Positions 10,665 to 23,941 of a DNA stretch of 35,696 bases are shown piece after piece. The notes beneath the pieces were generated by a model, which saw nothing but the letters and a program-made list of their open reading frames with translations, ran no database searches and had not been told where the DNA came from. The DNA lies in assembly GCA_032718475.1 (NCBI GenBank), contig JAUCBJ010004075.1, forward strand, positions 1 to 35,696. Direction: 5' to 3'. Numbering within the stretch: the first letter of the stretch is position 1; every line of letters starts with the position of its first letter. A program made the translations under genes and the position numbers. This DNA is from Nemertoderma westbladi (taxonomy: Eukaryota; Animalia; Xenacoelomorpha).

Positions 10665-12419
10665 CAATGACTTAATAATATTCATATAATAATAATCGTT
10701 TAATGTATACAAATCAGCAACACACATAGTGCATGTCACATGCACGCACATACCATGGGTGCCATGGGGACATTCGTCACATCCCTAATGTCAACATTAA
10801 TAGCAGCTCAAAGAACATAGCATGTATAGTCGAAAATCAGCCTGGCCTTCGGCTGGGAAAATTTATGACACCACTGGGATTAGGTTGATTGTCATCTCCT
10901 TTGTGAGAAACTTCCTTTTTTCAATAAAACTGGACGTTTATTTCCAATTAGATTATTATATTGTAAATCTGGATTAAAATGTTTGTAGAATTTAATAGGT
11001 TGAAAAACTAAGTGCTTTAAAATTGCATGAGTTGTTAATAAGAATATAAAAAGGAGACATGTTGTCATCTCTGCAATTCAATTAATTAGTGCCCTATTAC
11101 TCCTTGACAATATCATCATGACATATTATTAATTATAATGTATGATGTTGACAGTATTTATTAGATAGCAGTTTTCTTATGCCCATAAACCCTTCAGATC
11201 GCAGTTTTCTTATGCCCATAAACTCCGGTTATTTTACCTTCAAGGGATCCGGTGTTTTTTAAAGTTGGAGCCTATTTAATACAAGCCGAACAAAAAGTTT
11301 CACAAGGTTATGTTTCAGAATAATTTAATTAATTATTGTATCGTAAGCTGTAATTCAATGAGAAATTAATAAAATTCACACTGGCTTATCCAACATTAAT
11401 TGCTATATCTCGGCAACTAGAAGTTCTAAAACAAAGTTCTAAATATAGCAACAATTGCCACATATATTAAGGTAAACTAATAACTAATTGATGCAAACAA
11501 AATTGTACAATTTAACAAGAAGAAAATAAAATTAAAATAAAGTTAGCCACGATTTCACACATGATAAACATAAATAACCTTGAAGTATTGATTTTGGTAC
11601 ATTGTTATTTAATTATTTTGGTTTTAAAATCACAGCTGTTTACGATAAAAAGGGGCCGAATGTTCGAGGACGACAAATCTGATGGACGGGGTGGATTACT
11701 TACATACCCAAGTTTAAAAGAAAACTATATAAATCAATGTTGTTATGAAAAAACTTAGAAATGAAGGTGATCCGCATGATAAATTTTTTGGTCAACCAAT
11801 GCAAGGCAATTAAGGCCAGATCCAGAAAAGCCGAGGTTTATAAATTAAACCCAGATCTGGTGAAGTCGAGGTTCATAATTTCTACTATTACAACTGTTGT
11901 GTTGTATTTCCCATCCATTTATTTTCTATATAAAATTATATTCATAGAAACACTGCCTTTGGCTGGATGACTTACACTATTCGCAAACTATGTGTATCTC
12001 CCATATCAATTTGACCAGTTTATCATAACTGTTCGTAACTATATTAGTGGATATATCCCTTCATACTGGAGTTCTGTAAGTATACGACGGACTATTCATG
12101 TCGATGGGAGGACATCTGCAGTCTTGTTAGAATGCAGACTGGGTTTATTTAGTCTTACACAAAAGGCAACTGTCACTTTGGAGGCCGCTGCAGTGTGGCT
12201 TTGACGTTAAGATAGAGATTGGTACCAAAACGGGATATGAGCGATTTGGAACATATGAAGACTGGTGGGCAATCTCTATGTAGGTTCACATATTTTCCGG
12301 TTTCTTCTGAAACTGTGTCCCAACCGAAAACTAGTTGTTAGTGAGGAGGTCCTGCCAATTTCCTGAATTTCAATTGACACGTTTGGTATATATATATATA
12401 TAAGAACACGAACACCCTC

Positions 12420-12653
12420 GTCCCCCCTTGGTGTAGTGGTTAAATTCGTTGCACTGAATTCACACCTATCCAGAGGGAGGTCGATCCCCACATGGAAGGC
12501 AGGGCAGTTGTCGTTTTTGCATGAATGCTTTAAGGGAGAAGCCTGGATGCATATCTGCCTTGCATAAGGATTATACGTTCTGGAAATACGTCGTCAGACT
12601 TTATGTGTAATCCCTGGCCTAACGGCCTGAACTTAACTTTATTAATTTACTTT
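12420..12653 (+). mobile_element. tRNA-derived SINE (third family, no Nin core seen)
   Basis: A box TGGTGTAGTGG, B-box-like GGTCGATCCC, 3' GGCC-TAAC-GGCC hairpin and ACTTAACTTT-type tail; second copy at 6478-6590. Confidence 0.75.
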
Positions 12654-13857
12654 TGAGGTATACTTGAACTGAGGAAATGATCAATAATAATTAATAGTTT
12701 ATTTACAAAATATTTCCATGAAGAAAAACTTTTTATAATAGTACTTTTAAACTTTTAGTACTTTTGCTTTTAAACATAATTCTGCAAAGCTGATGGATAC
12801 CGCTTTTGAATTGCAAAAAAACAATTTCGCCATAAATCGTCATAACATACTCTCATGATTCCTTAATCTACCAATTCTGGACAATGGTCAACTGTTCAAT
12901 TTTTTTAAGGTCTTGGTTGGTTTTAGTACTATGGGATATTTTTGGCGCTGATTATGAAAACAATTATAGAATGTGTTTCTAAATTTTTGGAATTTGATAT
13001 TTTTTTAAATTTTTTTATTTTTTTTATAAATGATCTATGTTTGAGCAAAGCTTACAAATTAATTAGGATAACTTGGAAATGAAGCAACCTGATTTCGTAT
13101 TCAAAATCAGCATACACAATTTTAGCCCAATTTTACATTATTATCCGCAAAAAAAGGAAATCGTTAAAATTTTACTGTATTGAACATAAACTCAATGCTA
13201 CATCTTAACATAATTCAAAAGTGTGTAACAAATTATATAAATTAGTAGTATTTTAAAACAAAGGGGTAACGTGTAAACCCGAACGATTTAATATCCGGTT
13301 TGTTACACATCAGAGCCAACAGTAGTCAGTAATGGCATCATCAACCTTAATTAATCTGTCATTGCACAAATAAGTTCACTAAATGATGGAATCACATTAT
13401 AATTACAATACATTGCTATTACATTATACTAGAGATTTATTACACTTAGCTATATATAATATTATATCTGACAATGTAATTATTATTTGCTGTATCTAAT
13501 TATAACGACATCCATCCATCCCGTCAAGGCCAAATAAATATTTATCTCGCTACGTAGAGCTATGAAATTTGATTTACTACATAATGATAACTCTTTCAAT
13601 ACATTATCATATGATAATTACTATAACTAGAACTCAACATAACTAGAATGTTTAAAAAAACTATTCGTGCAATAAGAAGTCAGGGTTTCCATAGTTTCCG
13701 CATACATACATCAGACTACCGGGCATCACCGGCCAGCCCCGCAACGCAACACCTCCACAATTCGCTGTCAGCCATATAATTCCACAATTGCTCCGAATTA
13801 TAAGGGACAATGTTCCGTTTCAGGAATATCAATGGCTGACCATCACGTTTCCTCTCC

Positions 13858-14165
13858 TTTGCTGTCTGCCATAGATCATGTTCCGGCTTTGCCGTCTGCC
13901 ATCATAGATCATGCACCGGCTTTGCCGTCTGCCATAGATCATGAACTGACTTTGCCGTCTGCCATAGATCATGCACCGGCTTTGCCGTCTGCCATAGATC
14001 ATGCACCGGCTTTGCTGTCCGCCATAGATCATGCAACAGCTTTGCCGACTGCCATAGATCATGCACCGGCTTGGCCGTCTGCCATAGATCATACACCGGC
14101 TTGGCCGTATGCCATAGATCATGCACTGGCGGCATTTGCCATCTGCCATAGATCATGCACCGGCT
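13858..14165. repeat. Minisatellite, 30-bp unit, about 10 diverged copies
   Basis: GCCATAGATCATGCACCGGCTTTGCCGTCT repeated. Confidence 0.95.
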
Positions 14166-15260
14166 TCGTGGCTGGGAAATCTCATACATAGCGTAGTGGT
14201 GTTTTGTTTGGGAAATTCTCGGTCACTACCAAGAATGTACACTGTCTCGTTTATTCGTATATTAAGTAAGCTTATGCCATAAACCAAACCCAGGGCACCA
14301 TCCCGGTGTACTTTGTACCTACCATCAAGGTACGTACCATCAAGCTACTGCATAATGTATTGTAGTTATACTAATAAGGTATGTACGAAAGTGTATAGGG
14401 CCTTCACTCAATTATTGTGTTGTGTAATTATTGTGTTCCAAATTTTATCATATTTGCATGAATTTTCTGGCAAATATAACAGTCTGATTAAATCATACCT
14501 CATAATACCTAAAAATTCCTATTTTAGAACATTGTTCTGCAGGTGTAGAATACAGAAAAACCTTTGTAAACAATTACATTACCTTTTATAACTCCTTGTT
14601 AGTTATTTCGCAAGTTAATCCGAGATCAGCATCTGGGTATGGTGCACATTAACAATAATAGTAAATTCTCTCTGGAACAAACTAAACATAAGTAGAAATA
14701 ATACACAAGGAAATGTCAACCCGCCCAGGTATAAAATATATCTTATGTATGAAGTATCTTAGCTCCAACCAATTGCAGGTATTAGAGGAATTAATATGGT
14801 TAGATCTGTATAAACCAATGAAAACCCTCTGTTTAGCAATCTACTTGGTCCAAGAATATTATTGGCTAGTAATAGAAACTACAGCCAGCTTTTGGAAAAC
14901 AAATCAATCATTTACTTTTTACTTGAAACTGCACCAAAATGCTATTCGCTTATTTCAATCCAGCATAATAGCGTATTTACTCTATTTCCTCTATTTCTGT
15001 AAATACGCTATTTCCAGCATTGATTACACATGCGAGTGGCGCCCTCGTGCAGCAAACTGCAAGCCATCTCATCGAACAATTATAATTATGGGATTACATG
15101 ATAGCTAGTTATATAATATTCTGAAATTGGCTTCCGACATACACACACAGACACCTACCAGGCACCCCGACACAAACACACACATACAGACAGACTTTTG
15201 GAAAACGGCCATAGTATAATTATAACATTTCGCCGATGGCTCGTAGTACTGACTCGCCCC

Positions 15261-15338
15261 ACTACTACTACTACTACTAGGATAGGCATGCTGCATTGCA
15301 GCCGCATTTTTAAGAATGCTGGTCCTCACGGCGAAAGC
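15261..15338 (-). mobile_element. RTE family 2 3'-end fragment with (TAG)n tail and internal deletion
   Basis: (ACT)6-AGGATAGGCATGCTGCATTGCAGCCGCATTTTTAAGAATGCTG matches 20843-20891, then jumps to sequence matching 21071-21088. Confidence 0.8.
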
Positions 15339-16879
15339 AGAAATTTTATCTCGCCCCACAGCTTAGCAGTAACATACATGAATTTGGGTAGAGAATAAAC
15401 AGTTGTTATACAGTAGATGCTAGCTAGCTCATCGATGTGGCTCTTTAGACCAAGGCACTATAAACTATAGGCCATGCAGCCGCTGGAATTAATTTGATAA
15501 TTAAAAGATAGCTGCAGTAGCTAGTAAATTCAGACTTGCTCCTCCACGCCAACCCATGGGGGCGACAAAATATGATTTTTTGAGTGGTAATTTTTTGCAC
15601 TTTTTCGATATTTTATGGTATTTACTTACTAAAAGGAACCAGTATGATAGATTAATAAAGAACCATACAAAACCCAGCTATATGGTCAAAGGGAGCCAAA
15701 ATTTAGAAAAAATAATTTCAATGGGTTTATGGAAAAATGTATTAATTCTCTGTCTGAATGGTTCAAATAATTCTTAGTAACACATTAAGGAAATTTATTT
15801 TTGCGCGGTATTTAATTTGATTAAGTAAACAATATTTGTTTAATATGTGAATAGCAACAGCAGTTGGATTTTTGTGCCCATGTTAGTATATGCGTATTTT
15901 GTTGTTGCATTTCTGATAATTAACAATTACCAACAAATAAACTTTACAAATGGGAACTACCACTTATAGGAACAATTGACATGGATGAAAACAACTGCAA
16001 ACTTCATCATTTTAATATAATAATAATAATTGATTTGTTGATCCTTGATCCACCGGTGTAACCCTCCACCTTGAACCACTTTTCCACTTTTTAAAATGGC
16101 AATTAGGGATATAGGTTAATTTCATGGCCAACCACACCACCACTATTTGGAAGGCCAAATAGTTTACAAATGATAATTTAATTTACTGCCTCCCACCTAG
16201 AAGCGTTTATCTATGGCAGCGGAATTATAGATTTCACTAAAAAATTCCTCCATCAATCTTCTTAAGTCCAAATTCCTTGAAACCAACTCTTTTGGAATAA
16301 GCGAATGCCATTCTGGGTTGGATAGTCAAATTGGAAAATTGGATAAAATTATTGACTTTGGAAGTACATCTGCATGAATGTATATCAAATTGCCATTGAT
16401 GCTAAAGCATTGGTAATTGGAGTCCTTTTCTATAATGTGAGTAGGCTGATTGCTACCAAAACGCTATAACGGAATGAATAAAACAACGCCATAACAAAGG
16501 CAATAATTTTAACTCAAGGTATTTATGTCAACCCATGAAGAAACATCGATAATTAAATAAACTATTGTACTGCAGTAAAACCAGTGTGGAACTATATTCT
16601 TAATTAACTACGATTAGTGCTTTAATGAATGAAGTATACGTTCACTCAACAACAAGCACACATTTGTCTGCAAATCATATATTAATCACAATGTTTCCAG
16701 TAAATTGAAGCCTATAGATGTCAAGCGATGTATTATAAATGATATGATGTAAATGGCGTTTATTTTAGTGACAAAGTAAAATGTGATAAGTAAAGTTAAG
16801 TGAAGTTTAAAGTGTGTGATATAGAAAGCATAACCTTCGAAATTTCCTCTTCCAAATGGGAATTTTTATACTAATTATA

Positions 16880-17298
16880 CACCATGACCCGTAATATGGT
16901 GTCTTTTTCTGATGACACGGACCCCCCCCCCCCCCCCCCCCCAAATATTTCTACAGATCTTCATCATATTGCTTGAAATTTCAAACACAACTAGTTCAAC
17001 TCACCGTGGTTGTTACCATGAAGCCGGAATTTTAGATTTTGCCTTTACATTTTTTTTAAAAGTGTTATAAAAAAGTGTCTTTAGCGAAATTGCACATCTC
17101 CTATCATCGCCATTCTTCACATTAACCTCGCTTTATAGGTATCATTAAAAAGCTTGCGGTCCAAGGATTCCAAATATGTAACAATATCTGAATTTCGTTG
17201 AGAAACATCTGATATATAGGCGTTCAAATATTGCAAGAATTATTGTTCGCTGCAAGCCATTTATTCTATTTAATAAATCTATATTACGGGTCATGGTG
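16880..17298. mobile_element. MITE, 419 bp, TA TSD (Tc1/mariner-type)
   Basis: Perfect 18-bp TIR CACCATGACCCGTAATAT / ATATTACGGGTCATGGTG, with TA on both sides. Confidence 0.88.
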
Positions 17299-17346
17299 TA
17301 CTACTATCTGCATTGCAGCTGCATTATACTGTATATATTACATATA

Positions 17347-18231
17347 CACCATAATAACCCTTAATACAACAACCATTTTTAGGGGGTCGGAGCCCCCCCC
17401 ACTAATTTTTTTCAAATTTCAATAAAATGCTACGAAATTCGGTATGATGATAGATCGACACCTTTTCTTACTGGTGGCCTGGCCGGATTTTTCAATTTCT
17501 CAGTTATTTCCATACAACAATCCCTTAAAAAATGTCTATTTAGCAATGTTTAACCACCTCCGTAGATTTTATTTTACGTCTTTGAAATGTAATCTAGATA
17601 TCATTCGAAGCGCCTTCGTCTGTAGATTCCGAATCTGAAAACCGTTTTAAATTTAACCAAAAATTGGTAAAGATATTATCAAAATACTAATGTGTAAATT
17701 TAGAGACGTAAATCGCTATAATTCTGATGTTTTGTTGTCTTAATTCTAGAATATTAATTATTATTTAGCTGAGCGTTTAAAACTCTCCATCTTGTTTTTT
17801 CATTACCCATAATTAATAATATTCTAGAATTAAGTAAAAAAAAACATTAGAATTATAGCGATTTACGTCACACAAATTTACACCTTAGTATTTTGATAAT
17901 ATCTTGGAGAGGTTCTTGGAGAAACTTACACCGGGTTTCAGATTCGGAATCTGCAGATGAAGGCGGTTCTAATGATATCTAGATCTCATTCCAAAGACGA
18001 AAACTAAAGCTGACGGAGGTGGCTAAATATTGCGAAATAGACGATTTTTAACGGCTTGTTTTATCGAAATAGCTCATAAATTAAAAAATCCGGCCAGGCC
18101 ACCAGTAAGAAAAGGTGTCGATCTATCATCATACCAAATTTCCTAGCATTTTATTTAAATTTGAAAAAAATTAGGGGGGGGGGGGGGGCTCCTACCCCCA
18201 AAAAATGGTTGTTATGTTAAGGGTTATGGTG
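17347..18231. mobile_element. Foldback MITE, 885 bp, ~410-bp inverted arms, TA TSD
   Basis: CACCATAATAACCCTTAATACAACAACCATTTTT pairs with AAAAATGGTTGTTATGTTAAGGGTTATGGTG. Arms are complementary up to TTCTAGAATATT near 17745 and 17825. Confidence 0.9.
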
Positions 18232-18238
18232 TATATGA

Positions 18239-18520
18239 AGAATGCCGTGCCGTGCCGGCTTGTCAATAAAATTACTGCAAAGTGGAGGCTGTTTCGTTGT
18301 GCTAGTGTCAAGCAATGGAAGACTAATGGAACGCCTCCAATGCTGTATAGACTCTGATTTAAGATGTGTTCATTGTACTTGACACAATGAACCCGACGTA
18401 GCATTCTTGTACATGTGACATCCAGAGATTTGGTATTCTCTGCAGTTAGAACCCAGCATGTACTCCCAAATATGAGTACTGGTCCTATTTCTTCCCTAAA
18501 TAATCAAACTTTAAGATTGC
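18239..18520 (-). mobile_element. RTE family 2-related fragment; its extreme 3' end lies at 17299-17325
   Basis: Encodes RMLRRVHCVKYNEHILNQSLYSIG, homologous to the ORF at 21026-21466. Tail piece TACTACTA..TGCATTGCAGCTGCATT is on the other side of the foldback MITE. Confidence 0.8.
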
Positions 18521-18524
18521 AGTA

Positions 18525-18642
18525 TCCGTTTAAAATTTCACCAAAAATTGTCAAAGATATAAAAATACTAAGGTATACATTTTGACACGTAAATCGATAT
18601 AATTCTAATGTTTTATACTAAATTCTAGAATATTTTAATTAC
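18525..18642 (+). mobile_element. Fragment of the foldback MITE arm
   Basis: CCGTTTAAAATTTCACCAAAAATTG...ACGTAAATCGATATAATTCT...TTCTAGAATATT resembles 17642-17760. Confidence 0.75.
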
Positions 18643-18660
18643 GTGTTATTAAGAAACAGG

Positions 18661-20280
18661 ATACTACTACTACTAGGTCGAGCGAACTCGGGCAGTGGAA
18701 ATGAGATCCTTCCAGGCTTCCCGATTCTCCATAGTTGTCGCAATTTCGTTTCTCCCAAGTTCAATATCCCTTTCAAGTTGATCTATATATGTTATGGCTT
18801 TCCATGAGTTGGTTGCCAGAAAAGTAGATCTGGTCTGACTTCGACTATACTTCGCCAACAGTGCCCACTGAATCTTAATCTGCGTTCATGGAGGGTGGTT
18901 GGTACAGGTGGTATTGTACCATAAAGCTCGGCGTTTGTCATTTGTGATGATTTTGTGATGCTGATGTTTAGGGCTGCCCTTAGTAGCCTTGTGTAGCAAC
19001 CATCAATTCGTTGTTCAAGTGATTTAGTCAGTGTCCAGGTCTCACCCCCGTATAAAAATACACTTTCCACTGTGGCTCGAAAGAACTTAGTCTTCAGGTG
19101 CCTGGAGAGATCTGATTTACAGATGGTATCCATTTTTGATAGAGCTACCCAAGCCTTTGTTTCCTAACTTCTATGTCCTTTTTGCTACTCTCTATCCATG
19201 ATCAAACGTACTGGAAGTCGTCGACCTTCCTTAGTTGATTATTATCAATGGTTGCCAAGTTTCCATCAACATTAAAGGTCATGAGTTCGGTCTTGGTTGC
19301 ATTTATATGCAATCCAAACTCCTTAGCAGCCCTCTCCACTTTATTTAGTAGAAGCTGTGCCTCTGCTAGCGTATTAGAGAGCAGGGCGATGTCATCTGCA
19401 AAGTCGGTGTCTGTGACTGTAGTTGCCAGATATCTACTACTTCTGCGTTCTTGAAGTGTGAATCCCAGATCTTCACCCTTTGTGGCCGTCCTCATTGCAC
19501 AATCCAGTACAATTACAAATAGTAATGGTGCTAATGTGTCACCTTGAAGTACGCCAACCAGAATTGAGAAAAATTCAGTTTCACCATCTGGTGAGAGTAC
19601 CTGTGCTTCTGTGTCACAATATAACAATCCAATGCTAGCAATAATTACTTCTGGTATTCCATAAGCTCTTAGGATTTCAAGCATTTTACCTCTATGTATG
19701 GAGTCGAATGCCTTCTTGAAGTCCACAAAAGTCATGACTGTGGGGAGATTCTTTGACTTAATTCCTTCAATCAGTCTCCGTAGTGCAAGTATCTGAGCTA
19801 TTGTTGATCTACTTGGTCGAAATCTGCTTTGGTTCTTACGCAGTAGTTTCTCTATGTGAAGCCTAATCCTATATAGAATCATTTTATTGTATATTTTGGT
19901 AGGTAACACAAGCAGACAGATCCCACGATAGTTTGTTGGTATACCGAGTTCTTCGTACTTGGGGAGAGGCTTTAGTTGACCTTTAGTCCAAATTTGGGAT
20001 GGTTTTTCAAGTTTTAACATCCGGTTGCAAACATTCAATAATGGTCTGTTTAGCACTCCTGTTATCCATACCTCCGCTGGGAATTCATCTAATCCACTCG
20101 CTTTATTATTCGACATGCTTTTAATGCTTTTTTGGAGTTTGGCAGGTGTGAAGTCCCCTGTTTTTATAGGTATTGTCTTGTCATATATTTTCCTTGTATG
20201 GCTGACCTCGATGTTTGGTGGCTGCCCAAGCAAGTTGCTGAAGTGATTTTTCCACTTACCAACACATTCTTCAGGACTAT
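18661..20280 (-). mobile_element. RTE-clade LINE (family 1), 5'-truncated, frameshifted reverse transcriptase pseudogene
   Basis: KASGLD, NYRGICLL, FVDFKKAFDSIHR, GVLQGDTLAPLLF, DFADD, VESVFLYGGETWTL, RRLRFSGHCWR; (TAG)n tail at 18662-18675. Confidence 0.95.
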
Positions 20281-20364
20281 AAACTTGCTATACATGGTTG
20301 TTGTATTAATTAAGGGGGATGGTGTAATCAAACAATGTGTGAGAGGATTGACACCAGTAACTCA

Positions 20365-20625
20365 TGTCAAACCACACAAAACATAATCTCATGGTTTTTC
20401 AGTTCGCTTCTTGAACTAGTTTCCAGCCGAGAACAATCCTTTTCCAGAGATGAAATCCTGATGATGCACGTAATTCCAGTTAACATAATCGCTATAGACC
20501 CAGGTCGATGTAGGTGATTGATGCAGACTTGCATTAAAGTCACCCAGGGTAGTTAAAAATGCATGCTCCACTCCATCAGTAGATGCTAGCTCGAAGATTG
20601 TGGAAGGAATTTCCCACTTCCTGTA
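20365..20625 (-). pseudogene. LINE APE endonuclease fragment
   Basis: TLGDFNA motif, followed by N*FKKR and DYVL motifs typical of L1/RTE endonucleases. Confidence 0.7.
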
Positions 20626-20841
20626 CTGGACCAACACTAGTGGGTGAATTGAATAGCGCACATCACTTTCAAATAGGAATTTAAATTGAAAATAATGGAT
20701 GTGTAATGCATAATAAAAACGACATCTAATATGCGCTGTTTCGGTATTAATTAATGCCCAATCAAATCATATTAATATAAAACATTTCAATATGTTTGAT
20801 GTTGGGGAAACCCACAAATATCCACCAAGCAACCAATAGAG

Positions 20842-22030
20842 TACTACTAGGATCGGCATGCCGCATTGCAGCTGCATTTTTAAGAATGCTGTGATGGCTT
20901 GTCAATACGATTGCGCCGCCACAACTCCCTATCACCCATGACATTTTCTAGATCATCCGCATCTTCAAGGCCAGTGTCCTTTAAGATGCGTCTCAACAAA
21001 GTCATATGCTGTCCACCATGCTTATTCACTCCATGAAGCTGCCAAAACACAAGATTATATGCACTGGCTGGTCCTTACGGCGAAAGCAATGTCCTGCAAG
21101 TGGAGGCGACTTTGTTCTAGTGTCAAGCTTGGGGGGAACCAATGAGACATCTCCAATGTTATATAGTGTCTGGATGGAGATGTGTGCATTGTACTTGACA
21201 CAATGAACCTGGCGTAGCATTCTTGTGAAGGTGCCATCCGAAGATTTGGTGTCCTCAGCAGTTAGAGCCCAACATGGACTCCCATAGAGGAGTACTTGAA
21301 CTACTGCTGCTTTAAATAATCGGATAAATCTTAAGTTTCCGATTAATTCTCCGTGACTTCCAAATCCTGGAAAGCATATTCTAGGCTGCCCATGCCTTTC
21401 CCTTAGATATGACCTCCGGATCCATGATCCCAGGTCAGAAGTCGTCCACATGCTCAAGCATACCATCCTTAGTGCTTATGCTCATCCGGTCAGAGACTTG
21501 CTGAGGACTTTCAAAGTGAACTGTCAAAATTTTGGCCTTTTTGGAGTTAATAAACAGACCAACACTAGAAGCAGCCTGTTCTAATGAGCTGAGGAGCCAT
21601 TGGACTCCCTCTAGTGATTCTGAGAGTACTCCTAAGTCATCAGCAAAGTCTAGATCAGATAGGTACTTGGCAGGATTTCCTCGACTTCTGGAGCAAGTAG
21701 GTGGAGTTACCATCACCCCATCATCATTATGACCATCTGAGGACATGCGTAGAACATAATCAACCACAATTATGAACAAGAATGGTGCAAGTGTATCTCC
21801 CTGGAGGACGCCCCATAAAACTTCAAATGGTTCTGTGTCACCATCAACAGTAGACACAAATGTTGTCGAACCATCGTATACTGATCTGATGACTGCAATA
21901 ATTTCATCAGGAATCCCATATAATGAAAGTATGCTGAACATACGTGAGTGAGAGACTGAATCAACGGCCTTGAAGAAGTCAACAAAGATAACAGCCAGAT
22001 GCCTGTCTTTCTTCAGTCTTGTGTAGACCT
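20842..22030 (-). mobile_element. RTE-clade LINE (family 2), 5'-truncated RT pseudogene
   Basis: IFVDFFKAVDS, YGIP, GVLQGDTLAPFLF, LSDLDFADD, VLLYGSPCWAL, LAGHCFR; TAGTAGTA tail. Confidence 0.93.
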
Positions 22031-23192
22031 CCTGTATTTCCTATTCCTGTATTACACCTAAAAAATTATCCTTCAAAGAAAGTATGACTCTATGTGATTT
22101 CCATACCCTTTGATAGTTTATTTAATGCAGACGATTCCTTGCCCTTCATATGTGGAGATCTTCAGTTGATCTTGGAATATAATATATTAAGAATATATAA
22201 GATCACCAATGACTTGCTGGTGTGAATCCAAGTTTACAGTAAGATTTTTGTTCTTTCTAGCATTTACAAATAGACCAACATTGGATGCTGCCTATTCTAG
22301 GCTGCTGAGTTGTGTGGAATGTGGAGGTACATGAACTCAACGGATTTATAGTGAGGTTTGAAAAGTATAGAATTAATTATACTACGAAACGAAGCAAATA
22401 TAAATCAGGTTGCTGCCTTTAACATAAAAACGCACTTTATCATCTTCACACAGTATTAAGGGATGGGATAATTTGTATATAGTTGCTAAATGCTGTTCGC
22501 CGGTCATCGAAAATGAGTGTGTGTTTCCTCCTAAAAAAAGCAAACCTAAATTCTACCCATAAAGGTATTCAACAAGTTACAAAATTATTCGTTACCCGTG
22601 TGCAATCAGGCGACAAGGCAGATGTAGTACAACAGGATATGGATAAATCCTTGAAGGTCTTGCTATATTTCTGCAAGTAAATTGGGGTGAGGGACTCCAT
22701 GAAACCCTTGAAAACATTCGTTTTTAATATGATATTTGCCAAATGATAGCACTGATCTCTTGCGAGATGAATACTTAGATATTTAGGGTGATGCTTTAAC
22801 GGTGAGAGAGAGTGACGAAAGAAAGACATGAAAATTTGTTAATTGCAATTTCAGTGTAAATAAATTTCATTTCAAATGATTGGAACTTCACTTTAGTGCA
22901 TATATTAAGTGTGTCACAGTTTACAATAACTCTATTACACCGGTGGGTTACCGGATCCAACTCGCTGTGGCTTGTAACTGTCCTTTTATAAAATAACAAT
23001 ATATATGTATTACTTTTCGATCCTTCTATGAGCGGAATAGGGATAGCACATATATTTTATTCACCATTAAGTATAAAGTATATCAATTACGTTAGGCATT
23101 CACAGATAAAGTAAATATGTGAAAGTGATAACAGGTTTATAATATTATGATGTTTAACAGCTAGCTTGTGTCCATGTAAATCAGCCAAAAGG

Positions 23193-23247
23193 AAAAAAAT
23201 ACACATCAGTAATACTGATGTGTATTTTTTTTATACTGATTCAGTAT
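23193..23247. repeat. Two adjacent perfect palindromes (39 bp and 15 bp)
   Basis: AAAAAAATACACATCAGTA-A-TACTGATGTGTATTTTTTT and ATACTGA-T-TCAGTAT. Confidence 0.9.
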
Positions 23248-23941
23248 GGTACAGAATTATACAGGCATTAAAATATATTAAATGAGATCGAACGCATATT
23301 TATTTAAGGTGATTATCTCTGGAAAACAATGCAAACACGAAAAATTAAAACAGCTGTAAAATAACATCCCGTGGATACCAGATTATTATAACAGATTCAA
23401 TTTAAATCAAAATGGTGATACAGAGTCAGCCATTATTGTAACCTACTCAAAATATTATCATCTTGAACACAAATGGCAAGAGCTATCTACTATATATGAT
23501 ATGATTTATGGTTGTCCTTCACCAAATTTAAGTGTACTGTTGGAATCTTAATTTATTTTGACTTGAGGTTGGGAACTAACTGGCATCGCAGGAGGTTTAA
23601 TTCATAAGGAGACAAGCAAGAGTGTAGATCAATCTATTATTAAAAAAAAATGAAATAATAATAAAATAATGAAAATATAAGTGTAACCAATCTGCTAAGA
23701 GGCATATAAAGGCACAAGAGAATCTGGGTGTACATGCAGTTGGACCATTTTCGAATCAATTGCATACAAGCGGCATACTAAAGAAATGCATTTAAATGCC
23801 GCAGAGATAAGTGTAGTCTTTTCAAAAAAAGAGCAATAACAACATGAATTCTAGCTGATGTAGAATTACATAAATGTTTCCCTAAGAAATTCCACAATGA
23901 AGTTTGAACAGAGTTGCTGGCACATAACGCAATAAATAAAA

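Noticed and set aside
11760-12300. Penelope-like RT remnant (FT...FLDL on the minus strand)
   Set aside because: No other RT motifs found in frame or nearby.
13829-14191. Repetitive ORFs (SAIDHAPALP)n, and similar ORFs at 8842-9237
   Set aside because: Open on both strands simply because unit length is a multiple of 3; no independent gene evidence.
16040-16420. hAT TTF-type zinc finger remnant (YPTQNGIRLFQKSWF)
   Set aside because: Following Cys motifs are absent; too weak.
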